From Actinomycetes bacterium (GTDB lineage: Bacteria > Actinomycetota > Acidimicrobiia > Spongiisociales > SHLN01): a stretch of 61,032 bases of DNA. The DNA lies in the NCBI GenBank assembly GCA_024638625.1, contig JAHEJY010000002.1, positions 1 to 61,032 of the forward strand, written 5' to 3'. Numbering within the stretch: position 1 is the stretch's first letter; the number at the start of each line of letters is the position of its first letter. The notes under the pieces were generated by a model, which saw only the letters and a list, made by a program, of their open reading frames with translations, had not been told where the DNA came from and made no database searches. The position numbers and the translations under genes are program-made. Shown one piece after another: positions 27,906 through 36,551 of this stretch.

Positions 27906-29588
27906 TTAGCTCGGGTTGAGCTCGTCGTACCCAACGATATTGCGATAGAAGCTGTTGTTCTGCTGGCCATTGGCGCCATCAGCTCCGTAGTTCCATGCGT
28001 TGATGAACGAGGCCGAGGTGACCGGCTCGCCATCGTGGAACGTCCAGCCATCGCCGATCGTGATCGTCCAGGTCACGCCACCATCATCGGAAGTGATGGA
28101 GTCGGCAACCAGGTTGAACGGCTCATTCGTCTCGAAGTCGAACTGCACGAGCGGCGAGAACAAGGCTCGCAGCACGGCAATACCGTTCGACTCATTGGTG
28201 TTGGTCGGGAACAGGTGCTCAGGCTCAGAGATCTGGTACGAGATCTCGCCGTCATCGGCCGTCACCTTGGTGTACCCGAGGTCGCTGTACGAATCAAAGA
28301 AGACGTTCTGAATGCCTTCTCCGTAGACGAACTGGTTGGTCCGATAGTTGATCGGGGCGATTTGGGCCTGGTCACACAGCACGTCTTCGGCCGCCTGGTA
28401 GAACGGTACGCCGTCTGCCAATTGACCGCTGGCTGCAACAGCTGCCTTGCCCTCTGCGAGGAGCGAGTCGAACTCGGCGTTGTTGAAGTTCGTGTTGTTC
28501 GATCCAACCGGTGGGGCGTTGTACGAGGCGTACAACGGCTCGAGGAAGTTCAGCGGGGAAGGATAATCCTGGCCCCAGCCGAGCCGGAACGGTCCGGTGG
28601 CTTCCTTGTTGTCGAGCAGCGGCAGGTACTCGGAGAACTCGAGTGTTACGAAGCTGATGTCCTGCACACCCAGCGTGTCACGCCACATGTTCGAGACTGC
28701 CTCGACCCACTCTTCGTGTCCACCGCCGGAGTTGAACCAGATGATCATCGGATCGATAGGTCCGGCAGCATCCCAGAGCTCCTTCGCGGTGTCCGGGTCG
28801 TAGCCCCAGTTGGCGCACACGCCTCCGTCACCCGAGCGGGCGCCGGCCAGAATCGGCGGAATGGCCGAATAGGCGGGAACACGGCTCCCGGAGAAGATGA
28901 CCTCGTTGATCAGCTCACGGTCGATCGCCAGGTTGAGCGCCCGCCGATGGTCCTGGGTGAACTCCTCCAAGTACGACGGGAACCCGAGGTACGTGAATGA
29001 AGTCGACGATGATTGACCGAATCGATCACCGAACTCGGCAGGCGCCGAAGCGATCTGATCGGTCGGGATCGCGGGGCCCATTACGTCGAGCGACCCGGCA
29101 CGAACCTCGTTGTAGGCCGTGTTGAGATCGTCAATGATCACAAACTCGAGCTGGTCGATTTGCGGGGCGTCTGATCCGACGTAGTTCTCGTAGGCCGCCG
29201 TCGGAATGGAAACATCGTGCTCCCATACGCCGTCCATACGGAACGGGCCGTTTCCGACAGGCATCTCTTCGTAGGCCTGTGGATCGGCGAGAGCGACTGC
29301 CGGCATCGGATAGAACGCCGCATACGCCATCTGGATCGGGAACTCCGGATCCGCAGTTGACAACTCGACCTGGAAGGTCTTGTCGTCGACCATCGTCAAA
29401 CCGGCGAGTCCGCCTTCTTCAATCATGGCCGGTTCAGTGGTCTCGGTTGTCGCAGCTGTGGTAGTCACGGCTTCGGTTGTTGGTGTGGTTTCTTCTGTAG
29501 TGGGGTCGCTGTCGCCACAGGCGGCTGCGACCATGGCCAGCGCAAGCACCATTGCCAGCACGCGCCACGTCTTCCGTCTAGAGAACAT
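27906..29588 (-). CDS. ABC transporter substrate-binding lipoprotein, family 5 (OppA/DppA type)
   Basis: 560 aa. Signal peptide plus lipobox (LALAMVAAACGDS), a Thr-rich linker, then a family-5 SBP-like body. Confidence 0.85.
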   Translation of the reverse strand: MFSRRKTWRVLAMVLALAMVAAACGDSDPTTEETTPTTEAVTTTAATTETTEPAMIEEGGLAGLTMVDDKTFQVELSTADPEFPIQMAYAAFYPMPAVALADPQAYEEMPVGNGPFRMDGVWEHDVSIPTAAYENYVGSDAPQIDQLEFVIIDDLNTAYNEVRAGSLDVMGPAIPTDQIASAPAEFGDRFGQSSSTSFTYLGFPSYLEEFTQDHRRALNLAIDRELINEVIFSGSRVPAYSAIPPILAGARSGDGGVCANWGYDPDTAKELWDAAGPIDPMIIWFNSGGGHEEWVEAVSNMWRDTLGVQDISFVTLEFSEYLPLLDNKEATGPFRLGWGQDYPSPLNFLEPLYASYNAPPVGSNNTNFNNAEFDSLLAEGKAAVAASGQLADGVPFYQAAEDVLCDQAQIAPINYRTNQFVYGEGIQNVFFDSYSDLGYTKVTADDGEISYQISEPEHLFPTNTNESNGIAVLRALFSPLVQFDFETNEPFNLVADSITSDDGGVTWTITIGDGWTFHDGEPVTSASFINAWNYGADGANGQQNNSFYRNIVGYDELNPS

Positions 29589-29716
29589 GTACTTTTCCTC
29601 CTAATAGGTGCCGCCGATGACAAGAACGGGAAGCCCTCACCTCGACGAACAGACCAGTAAGGCTACAACAAGGCTGCGAATGTCCGCAACATCTTTCGCG
29701 GCTTCGGCCCGCGAAT

Positions 29717-30463
29717 CTAGCCCTTCGCCTGATCGGCAACGGCTGCTGCTGCGGCCCTGGCGGCCTCTTCGTCGCCCAGGTACCTGGAAGCGATCGGTTG
29801 CAGCGATGAGTCGAGCTCATACACAAGCGGAATGCCCGTTGGAATGTTGAGGCCGACGATCTCCTCCTCGGATATGCCATCGAGGTGTTTGACCAAAGCC
29901 CGCAAGCTGTTGCCATGAGCCACGACGAAGGGGACCTTGCCATCTGCCAGCACGGGAACAATGGAATCGTGCCAATACGGCAGCATCCGGTCGACCACAT
30001 CGGCCAGACATTCGGCGGCCGGAAGGACATCGGGTGCGAGGTTGGCGTACCGGGCATCGTGACGCGGGTGACGCTGGTCCTCTTTCTCGAGGGCCGGTGG
30101 TTGCACGTCGTAGGACCTTCGCCAGATCAGCACCTGCTCCTCACCATATTCGTCGGCAGTCTCCTTCTTGTTGAGCCCCTGCAGACCGCCGTAATGCCGT
30201 TCGTTGAGCCGCCACGAACGCGACACGGGCAACCACGACATGCTCATTGCGTCAAGTGCGAGATTGGCGGTCCTCGTAGCCCTCGTGAGCACGGACGTGA
30301 AGACGACGTCGGGAACGATATGTTCGGCCACGAGCAGATTTCCGGCCGATTTCGCTTCGGCCTCGCCCTGTTCGGTCAAGTCGACATCCGTCCAACCCGT
30401 GAAGAGGTTTTCGAGATTCCAGACGCTTTGGCCGTGGCGGAGAAGTACCAGTGTGCTGCTCAT
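29717..30463 (-). CDS. gpmA: 2,3-bisphosphoglycerate-dependent phosphoglycerate mutase
   Basis: 248 aa. [29 protein letters not shown]...[12 protein letters not shown].... ATGA overlap with tpiA. Confidence 0.92.
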   Translation of the reverse strand: MSSTLVLLRHGQSVWNLENLFTGWTDVDLTEQGEAEAKSAGNLLVAEHIVPDVVFTSVLTRATRTANLALDAMSMSWLPVSRSWRLNERHYGGLQGLNKKETADEYGEEQVLIWRRSYDVQPPALEKEDQRHPRHDARYANLAPDVLPAAECLADVVDRMLPYWHDSIVPVLADGKVPFVVAHGNSLRALVKHLDGISEEEIVGLNIPTGIPLVYELDSSLQPIASRYLGDEEAARAAAAAVADQAKG

Positions 30464-31236
30464 ACCCAGTACCGCACGATGGATGCGAAACTGTCCGGAT
30501 CCAACGATGCTCCGCCCACCAGAGCTCCGTCGATGGTCCTCTTGGCCATGAAATCGGCGATGTTGCCTGCATTCACCGACCCACCGTACAGCACCCGGAC
30601 GACGTCGCCGGCGTCACCCAATGCCGCCCGGATCACATCAATGACCCCGGCAGCATCGTCGGTCGACGGTGTCCTTCCGGTACCGATCGCCCAGATGGGC
30701 TCGTAGGCGAATACCAGTTTCGAGAGATCCTCTATCCCTTTGATCGCCCCGGCCACCTGCCCGGTCACCCACTCATTCGTATCCCCACTCTCGCGGATCT
30801 CCAGGGTCTCGCCGACGCACACAACGGGTGTCATTCCTGCTGCGAGTACCGCTTTTGCCTTCTGGTTGACGAGCGCATCATCTTCGCCGAAATGCTCACG
30901 GCGTTCGCTGTGTCCCACGATCACAAACCGGACGGACAGCTTCGCCAACATCGGAGCCGAGATCTCCCCCGTGAACGCTCCACTTTCGGCGAAGTGGGTG
31001 TCTTGGGCCCCCAGATGAATGGGCAACCGGTCGGCCTCGATCACGGTTTGTCCAGAGCGCAGCGCCGTGAACGGTGGGGCGACTCCTACGTCCACCCGTT
31101 CATAGTCGGCGAGATCCAACCGGTACGAGAGCTTCTGGATCACCTGGATCGCCTCGAGGTGGGTGTGATGCATCTTCCAGTTGCCGATGATGAGATCCTT
31201 GCGACCCTCATCCAGTTTTTCTTGGCTTTCAGTCAT
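30460..31236 (-). CDS. tpiA: Triosephosphate isomerase
   Basis: [15 protein letters not shown]...VIVGHSERR...[10 protein letters not shown].... The chosen start is the ATG at 31234-31236, preceded by GGAGG. An alternative ATG is at 31248. The longer ORF to 31500 overlaps pgk. Confidence 0.9.
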   Translation of the reverse strand: MTESQEKLDEGRKDLIIGNWKMHHTHLEAIQVIQKLSYRLDLADYERVDVGVAPPFTALRSGQTVIEADRLPIHLGAQDTHFAESGAFTGEISAPMLAKLSVRFVIVGHSERREHFGEDDALVNQKAKAVLAAGMTPVVCVGETLEIRESGDTNEWVTGQVAGAIKGIEDLSKLVFAYEPIWAIGTGRTPSTDDAAGVIDVIRAALGDAGDVVRVLYGGSVNAGNIADFMAKRTIDGALVGGASLDPDSFASIVRYWV

Positions 31237-32440
31237 CCTCGCCTCCATTGCTTCGGATTTCACTGGCGGAACGTTCGAGCATGGTAAGGCCGGGAAGTCT
31301 TTTTCCTTCGAGCAGCTCGAGGCCCGCGCCTCCCCCGGTCGACACAAACGAAACCTCGTCCTCGAGCCCGAGAAGCCGCAATGCCGCCACCGAGTCTCCT
31401 CCTCCGACGACCGTAAAAGCATCTGCGTCTGCCACCGCTTTGGCCACGGCCGCGGTCCCAGCGCGGAACGGTTCCCACTCGAAAACCCCCATTGGACCAT
31501 TCCAGAACACGCTGCCGGCTTCGTTCACGATCGCGGCGTAGCGGGCGGCGGTCACCGGTCCGATGTCGAGACCCATGGCCCCATCCGGGATGTCACCGGC
31601 GCCAACAACCTCCGGTTCCGCATCCTCGGCAAATTCGGTCGCGACGACGATGTCTTCCGGTAGCACGATCTTGGCGCCATCAGCCGACGCCAACAGCTCA
31701 CGCATTTGGGGAACCATGTCAACCTCCACCAGCGAGCTGCCTACCTTGATTCCCGCTGCCATCATCAAGGTGAAACACATACCACCACCAATCAACATGG
31801 CATCGACCTTCGGCAAGAGGGACGTGAGCACTCCGATCTTGTCTGAAACCTTGGCGCCACCGAGCACGACGACGAACGGGCGTGGGGCACCAGCGACGAG
31901 CTTTCCGATTGCCTCGAGTTCTTTCTGGAGGAGTGGCCCGGCGAAGGATGGAAGATGTTCGCCGACGCCAACGGTGGAGGCGTGTGCGCGGTGGGCTGTT
32001 CCAAACGCGTCCAGAACGAAGGCATCTGCCAATCTCCCGAGCTTGGCGGCCAGATCGGGGTCGTTGGATGTTTCCCCGGTTTCAAACCGGGTGTTCTCGA
32101 GCACCAGGATCGTGGCAGGATCCATCTCTTTGATGGCATCTTTTGCCGCGCGACCGACCAACGACGCGACGAATGTCACCGGGACGGTTGCCAACCCGGC
32201 CATCCGATCGGCAACGGGTTGCAAGGAGAGCTTCTTCGACTTCTTCTTCGGGCGGCCGAGGTGGCTCATGACGACGACCCTCGCACCCCGGGCGGCCAGG
32301 GTTTCGAGCGTCGGAAGGGCCGCACGAATCCTGAAGTCATCGGTGATCTCACCGTCCTGAAGCGGGACGTTGAGGTCGGAGCGAACCAGCACGGTCTTAT
32401 GGTCGGGCGTGAGGTCATCGGTTGTGAGGAATCGAAGCAT
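31229..32440 (-). CDS. pgk: Phosphoglycerate kinase
   Basis: VLVRSDLNVPL...VVMSHLGRPK...FWNGPMGVFE...STGGGA. The likely start is MLRFLTTDDL at 32440. The ORF extends to 32467. Confidence 0.92.
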   Translation of the reverse strand: MLRFLTTDDLTPDHKTVLVRSDLNVPLQDGEITDDFRIRAALPTLETLAARGARVVVMSHLGRPKKKSKKLSLQPVADRMAGLATVPVTFVASLVGRAAKDAIKEMDPATILVLENTRFETGETSNDPDLAAKLGRLADAFVLDAFGTAHRAHASTVGVGEHLPSFAGPLLQKELEAIGKLVAGAPRPFVVVLGGAKVSDKIGVLTSLLPKVDAMLIGGGMCFTLMMAAGIKVGSSLVEVDMVPQMRELLASADGAKIVLPEDIVVATEFAEDAEPEVVGAGDIPDGAMGLDIGPVTAARYAAIVNEAGSVFWNGPMGVFEWEPFRAGTAAVAKAVADADAFTVVGGGDSVAALRLLGLEDEVSFVSTGGGAGLELLEGKRLPGLTMLERSASEIRSNGGEDD

Positions 32441-32527
32441 CGCCCAGAAACGATAATGCTGGAACATGCTCGTCTATCCGAACGGGTAGCGTTAACGTTT
32501 CCGAGGGATCATCATGAAAGGAACCGC

Positions 32528-33541
32528 ATGCGCGTAGGCATTATGGGATGCGGCCGGATCGGACGAAACGTATTCCGATTGCTGGCCGATCATCCAAGTC
32601 TGGAGGTGAGCGCCGTCGTCGATACGGCCGACCCGAAAGGTCTTGCGTACCTTCTCAAATACGATTCGATCTATGGCAGGTTCCCCGGCGAGTTGAACGC
32701 GATCGACAACGGCGTCGTTCTCAATGGCCGTGAGATTCCCTTCACACAGGATCGTGAGCCGGGGGATGTCGATTGGGAAGGCCTCGGGGTCGAGCTTGTC
32801 GTCCAGGCGCTTCCGAAATATCACACCGGCGACTGGATGGAAGCGCACCTCAAAGGAGGAGCGAAGCGGGTCGTCATGGCCTCGACGCCCGAAACTCTCG
32901 GCGATGTGCCGCTACTCCTCTGGGGGGTGAACGATGACATTCTGAAATCCGACACGCGAGTGGTCGCACTTGGATCGAACACTTCCAACGCCCTGGCCCC
33001 GATCTTGTCGATTCTCGACAACCGCTTCGGGATCGCGCAGGCCACGTTTACGAGCGTCCACGCCTTTACCAACAAACAGCGCCTGGCCGACGTGCCGACG
33101 TCTGGGTTTCGCACGTCACGGGCAGCTGCGGAAAACATCATTCCGTCAGAGACAACCTCACCTGCGATACTCGAGTGGGTGCTTCCGGAACTTGCGGGCA
33201 AGATACGCGGAATGGCCTTGAACGTTCCCGTGTCAGACGGATCTACCATCGATCTGGTTGCGGTCCTCGAAGCTCCCACCTCGGTGGAGGGCATCAATGA
33301 AGTCATGAAGGAAGACATCACCAACCGCTATTCGAACATCATCGAATACATCGAGGATCCGATCGTGTCGAGCGATGTGACCGGCACCACCCATTCTGGG
33401 CAGTTCGACAGCCTCGCGACCCTGGTCCTCGGCGACACGATGGTCAAGCTCATCGTCTGGTTCGACAACGGCTGGGGTTACGCCAACCGGATTGTCGAGA
33501 CGCTCGAAGTATTCGAACGATTTGAGGAAGGAAGCGCATGA
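32528..33541 (+). CDS. GAPDH-family paralog lacking the catalytic cysteine (Cys to Asn)
   Basis: 337 aa. MRVGIMGCGRIGRNVF (NAD fold). It aligns along its full length with the downstream gap product, but the active-site block SNASCTTNCLAP reads ALGSNTSNALAP (Asn codon at 32978-32980). His in TSVHAFTNKQ is retained. ATGA overlap with gap. Confidence 0.8.
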   Translation: MRVGIMGCGRIGRNVFRLLADHPSLEVSAVVDTADPKGLAYLLKYDSIYGRFPGELNAIDNGVVLNGREIPFTQDREPGDVDWEGLGVELVVQALPKYHTGDWMEAHLKGGAKRVVMASTPETLGDVPLLLWGVNDDILKSDTRVVALGSNTSNALAPILSILDNRFGIAQATFTSVHAFTNKQRLADVPTSGFRTSRAAAENIIPSETTSPAILEWVLPELAGKIRGMALNVPVSDGSTIDLVAVLEAPTSVEGINEVMKEDITNRYSNIIEYIEDPIVSSDVTGTTHSGQFDSLATLVLGDTMVKLIVWFDNGWGYANRIVETLEVFERFEEGSA

Positions 33542-34554
33542 CAAAGATCGCCATCAACGGCTTTGGCCGCATCGGAAGAGCTGTGTTCCGGATCATCGCC
33601 GAAAGACCGGATTCAGGCCTGTCGGTCGTAGCCATCAACGATCTCTCTGATGACGACGTTCTGGCCTACTTGCTCAAACGTGACTCGGTCATGGGAACCT
33701 TCGAGCACGACGTGACGGTCGGCAACGACCGGATGCAGGCGGCCGGGCATGATATCGCCATGCTGCGCGAGCCTGATCCTGCTGACCTGCCCTGGGAGGA
33801 ATTGGGTGTTGATATCGTCATCGAAGCCACGGGGGTCTTCCGAAGTCGTGACCAGCTCATGAAACACATCGAAGCCGGAGCGAAGCGGGTGTTGTTGACC
33901 GTGCCCGCCAAGGATGAGATTGACGCCACCATTGTCCTGGGGGTCAATGACGCCGATCTCGAGCCATCTGATCAGATCGTATCCAACGCCTCATGCACGA
34001 CCAACTGTCTCGCCCCTCTCGCCAAGGTCCTCGATGACGAATTTGGAGTTGTCCGGGGAGTGATGACAACAGTCCACGCCTACACGAATGATCAACGCCT
34101 GGCAGACGTACCCCATGCCGACCTTCGACGATCACGGGCTGCAACCGAAAACATCATTCCCACGACCACCGGGGCTGCCAAAGCTGTCGGCAAGGTGTTG
34201 CCGTCTCTGGACGGCAAACTCGATGGCATCGCGATGAGGGTCCCGGTTCCGGATGGCTCCATCGTCGACCTCGTGGTGGAGCTCGACGAGTCGGTTACCG
34301 AGGACCAGGTGAAGGCTGCAATGAAGAAGGCGAGCCAAGAAGGCCTCTCGGGGATTCTCGAATACTCGGAGGAACCACTCGTCTCAACCGATATCATCGG
34401 CAACCCGCACTCGAGCATCTTCGACGCTGCCGCCACTCAGGTCATGGACGGCAACCTGGTCAAGATCGTCTCGTGGTACGACAACGAGTGGGGGTATTCC
34501 AACCGCGTGGTCGATCTCCTGGAGCGAATGGCTGCGCAGTTGGTCGCGGCCTAG
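33538..34554 (+). CDS. gap: Glyceraldehyde-3-phosphate dehydrogenase (type I)
   Basis: 338 aa. KIAINGFGRIGR, SNASCTTNCLAP, TTVHAYTNDQ, WYDNEWGYS. Confidence 0.93.
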   Translation: MTKIAINGFGRIGRAVFRIIAERPDSGLSVVAINDLSDDDVLAYLLKRDSVMGTFEHDVTVGNDRMQAAGHDIAMLREPDPADLPWEELGVDIVIEATGVFRSRDQLMKHIEAGAKRVLLTVPAKDEIDATIVLGVNDADLEPSDQIVSNASCTTNCLAPLAKVLDDEFGVVRGVMTTVHAYTNDQRLADVPHADLRRSRAATENIIPTTTGAAKAVGKVLPSLDGKLDGIAMRVPVPDGSIVDLVVELDESVTEDQVKAAMKKASQEGLSGILEYSEEPLVSTDIIGNPHSSIFDAAATQVMDGNLVKIVSWYDNEWGYSNRVVDLLERMAAQLVAA

Positions 34555-35510
34555 CGTCCATTCCACAGCTCGGACAACGCCTGGCCCAAGAGCATCGGAT
34601 CATGCTGGGGCCAGGCAAAGCCTTCATCTTTCAACTCGGCTTCGACGTAGGGCACGGGCATATTCGCGACCGGCGTCACCACCTGAAACGGGGGCGGAAC
34701 CTCAATGGGTCGCTTGTTGACGAGCGTCACGAAATCGGGTTTGAGGCCGGTGAACGACATCAACGCTTCCACATGATCCGACAGTGTCATCGAAAGCGTC
34801 TCACCATCCTGGGTGATGAGGTTGGCCACATAGACGAGTTGGGCGTCGCTGCGATTGAGGGCTTCCGCCAGGCCCGGAACCACGAGTGCCGCAATGAGTG
34901 ATGTGAAGAGGCTTCCGGGCCCGATGACAATCTGATCCGCCTCCGCAACCGCATCGAGCACAGGAGGATTCACCTCGACACCCTCCGGTTTGACGGCGAT
35001 GGACTCGAAGATGCCGCGAGTGCGGCTGATGAGAGCCTGGCCCGCAACCAACTGCCCATCAACCTCAGCTTCGAGTATGAGTGCTTGCAACGAAACGGGA
35101 AGAACCGTGCCAAGCGCACCCAACGCCTCTCCTGCGATCTGCAGGCCCGTGTGGAAGTCACCAAAGATATCTGCCATGGCGGCGAGGATCAGATTGCCAA
35201 GGCTATGTCCGCCGACGTCCGAACTTCCGAATCGGTAGTCAAAAAGCTCACCAAGAAGTGTTGGCTCCGAACTGAGGGCGAGCAGGCAACGGCGTAAATC
35301 GCCCGGCGGAAGGATGTCCAACCCCTCTAACAGCCGCCCCGAACTCCCCCCGTCGTCCGCCACGGTGACAACGGCCGAGATCCTCGACGCGTAGCACTGT
35401 ATCCCGACCAGAGCTTGCGACAATCCATGGCCTCCGCCGATCGCCACCACGCTGGGACCGTCGGGGCTCAACGTCATCAATTCTTCGAGTTCGGTCAGGA
35501 GCTCGTTCAT
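34551..35510 (-). CDS. yvcK: YvcK/CuvA-family gluconeogenesis factor (LPPG:FO transferase-like, UPF0052)
   Basis: 319 aa. VVAIGGGHGLSQAL...VVTVADDGGSSGRL...GPGSLFTS. Confidence 0.9.
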   Translation of the reverse strand: MNELLTELEELMTLSPDGPSVVAIGGGHGLSQALVGIQCYASRISAVVTVADDGGSSGRLLEGLDILPPGDLRRCLLALSSEPTLLGELFDYRFGSSDVGGHSLGNLILAAMADIFGDFHTGLQIAGEALGALGTVLPVSLQALILEAEVDGQLVAGQALISRTRGIFESIAVKPEGVEVNPPVLDAVAEADQIVIGPGSLFTSLIAALVVPGLAEALNRSDAQLVYVANLITQDGETLSMTLSDHVEALMSFTGLKPDFVTLVNKRPIEVPPPFQVVTPVANMPVPYVEAELKDEGFAWPQHDPMLLGQALSELWNGR

Positions 35511-36400
35511 ATGTCGCGATGCTGAACGATCACGTCTGCCTCCTCCCCCAGCGTTTCGGCGAGGAACTCGGAGATGGCGACCGATCGATGCCTACCGCCG
35601 GTACATCCGATACCGATTGAGACGTACGACTTTCCTTCGGCCCGGTATCGGGGCAGCAAGAAGTTGATGAGCCCCACGGTACGGTCCAGGAATTCTTTGG
35701 CGTCATCGGACGACAATACGAACTCGGAGACAGCCTGATCCCGGCCCGTCAGTGGACGCAGTTCGGGTACCCAATGGGGATTCGCCAGGAACCTGACGTC
35801 CAAGACGATATCGGCATCGCGAGGGGCTCCGTGTTTGAAGCCGAAGGATGTGATGGAGACATTGAGACCGCTTCCCTCATGTTCGTCGGCGAATACGCTC
35901 GAAAGCCTCCTGCGAAGCTCATGCACATTGAGGTTCGACGTGTCGATCAACACGTCGGCGGCTCCGCGCAGTTCCGCAAGAGCCTCCCGTTCGAGCGCGA
36001 TTGATTCGGCGAGGGTTCCACCGGATACAGGGTGCGGCCTTCTGGTCTCGTTGAACCGTCGCACCAGGACGTCGTTGTCGGCGTCGAGGAACACCACCCC
36101 GGAGCGAACTCCGTATTTGTTGAGACGGGCCATCTGATCTCGCAGTTCGCCGAACGCATGAACCCCGGTCCGGCTGTCGACCGCCATAGCGATCTTCGAT
36201 CGCGAGATCTCAGCAAGCTGATTCGCGTCCAGAACCCGGGATATGAGTCGGGGCGGAAGATTGTCGATAACGAAGAACCCGAGGTCCTCCAAGACGTTGC
36301 AGGCTGTTGAGCGCCCCGCCCCGGCCATGCCTGTCACGATTACGACGAACGGTGAATCATCGACCGGTACGAACTCCATGGTCGTGTCCGCATCCGACAT
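35507..36400 (-). CDS. rapZ: RNase adapter/nucleotide-binding protein RapZ (YvcJ)
   Basis: 297 aa. P-loop GMAGAGRST and a C-terminal block IGCTGGRHRSV. Confidence 0.9.
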   Translation of the reverse strand: MSDADTTMEFVPVDDSPFVVIVTGMAGAGRSTACNVLEDLGFFVIDNLPPRLISRVLDANQLAEISRSKIAMAVDSRTGVHAFGELRDQMARLNKYGVRSGVVFLDADNDVLVRRFNETRRPHPVSGGTLAESIALEREALAELRGAADVLIDTSNLNVHELRRRLSSVFADEHEGSGLNVSITSFGFKHGAPRDADIVLDVRFLANPHWVPELRPLTGRDQAVSEFVLSSDDAKEFLDRTVGLINFLLPRYRAEGKSYVSIGIGCTGGRHRSVAISEFLAETLGEEADVIVQHRDI

Positions 36401-36551
36401 CTCTGCATGGCTGGATCCTTCTTCGTCGGTAGCGGTGATGATTGCTCCCTCTTCTGCACCTGCTCAAGCACCAGCAGCTGGTTCTGCACCTGGTAGTGCA
36501 CCTCGTCGTGCAGCTCGGGCACAGGCGGGTCTGACCAGCCGGCTGGGCTCC

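Noticed and set aside
31955-32527. The N-terminal 191 codons of the 528-aa plus-strand ORF ahead of the GAPDH paralog.
   Set aside because: They are antisense to pgk and have no GAPDH similarity. The NAD-binding N-terminus MRVGIMGCGRIGR starts at 32528.
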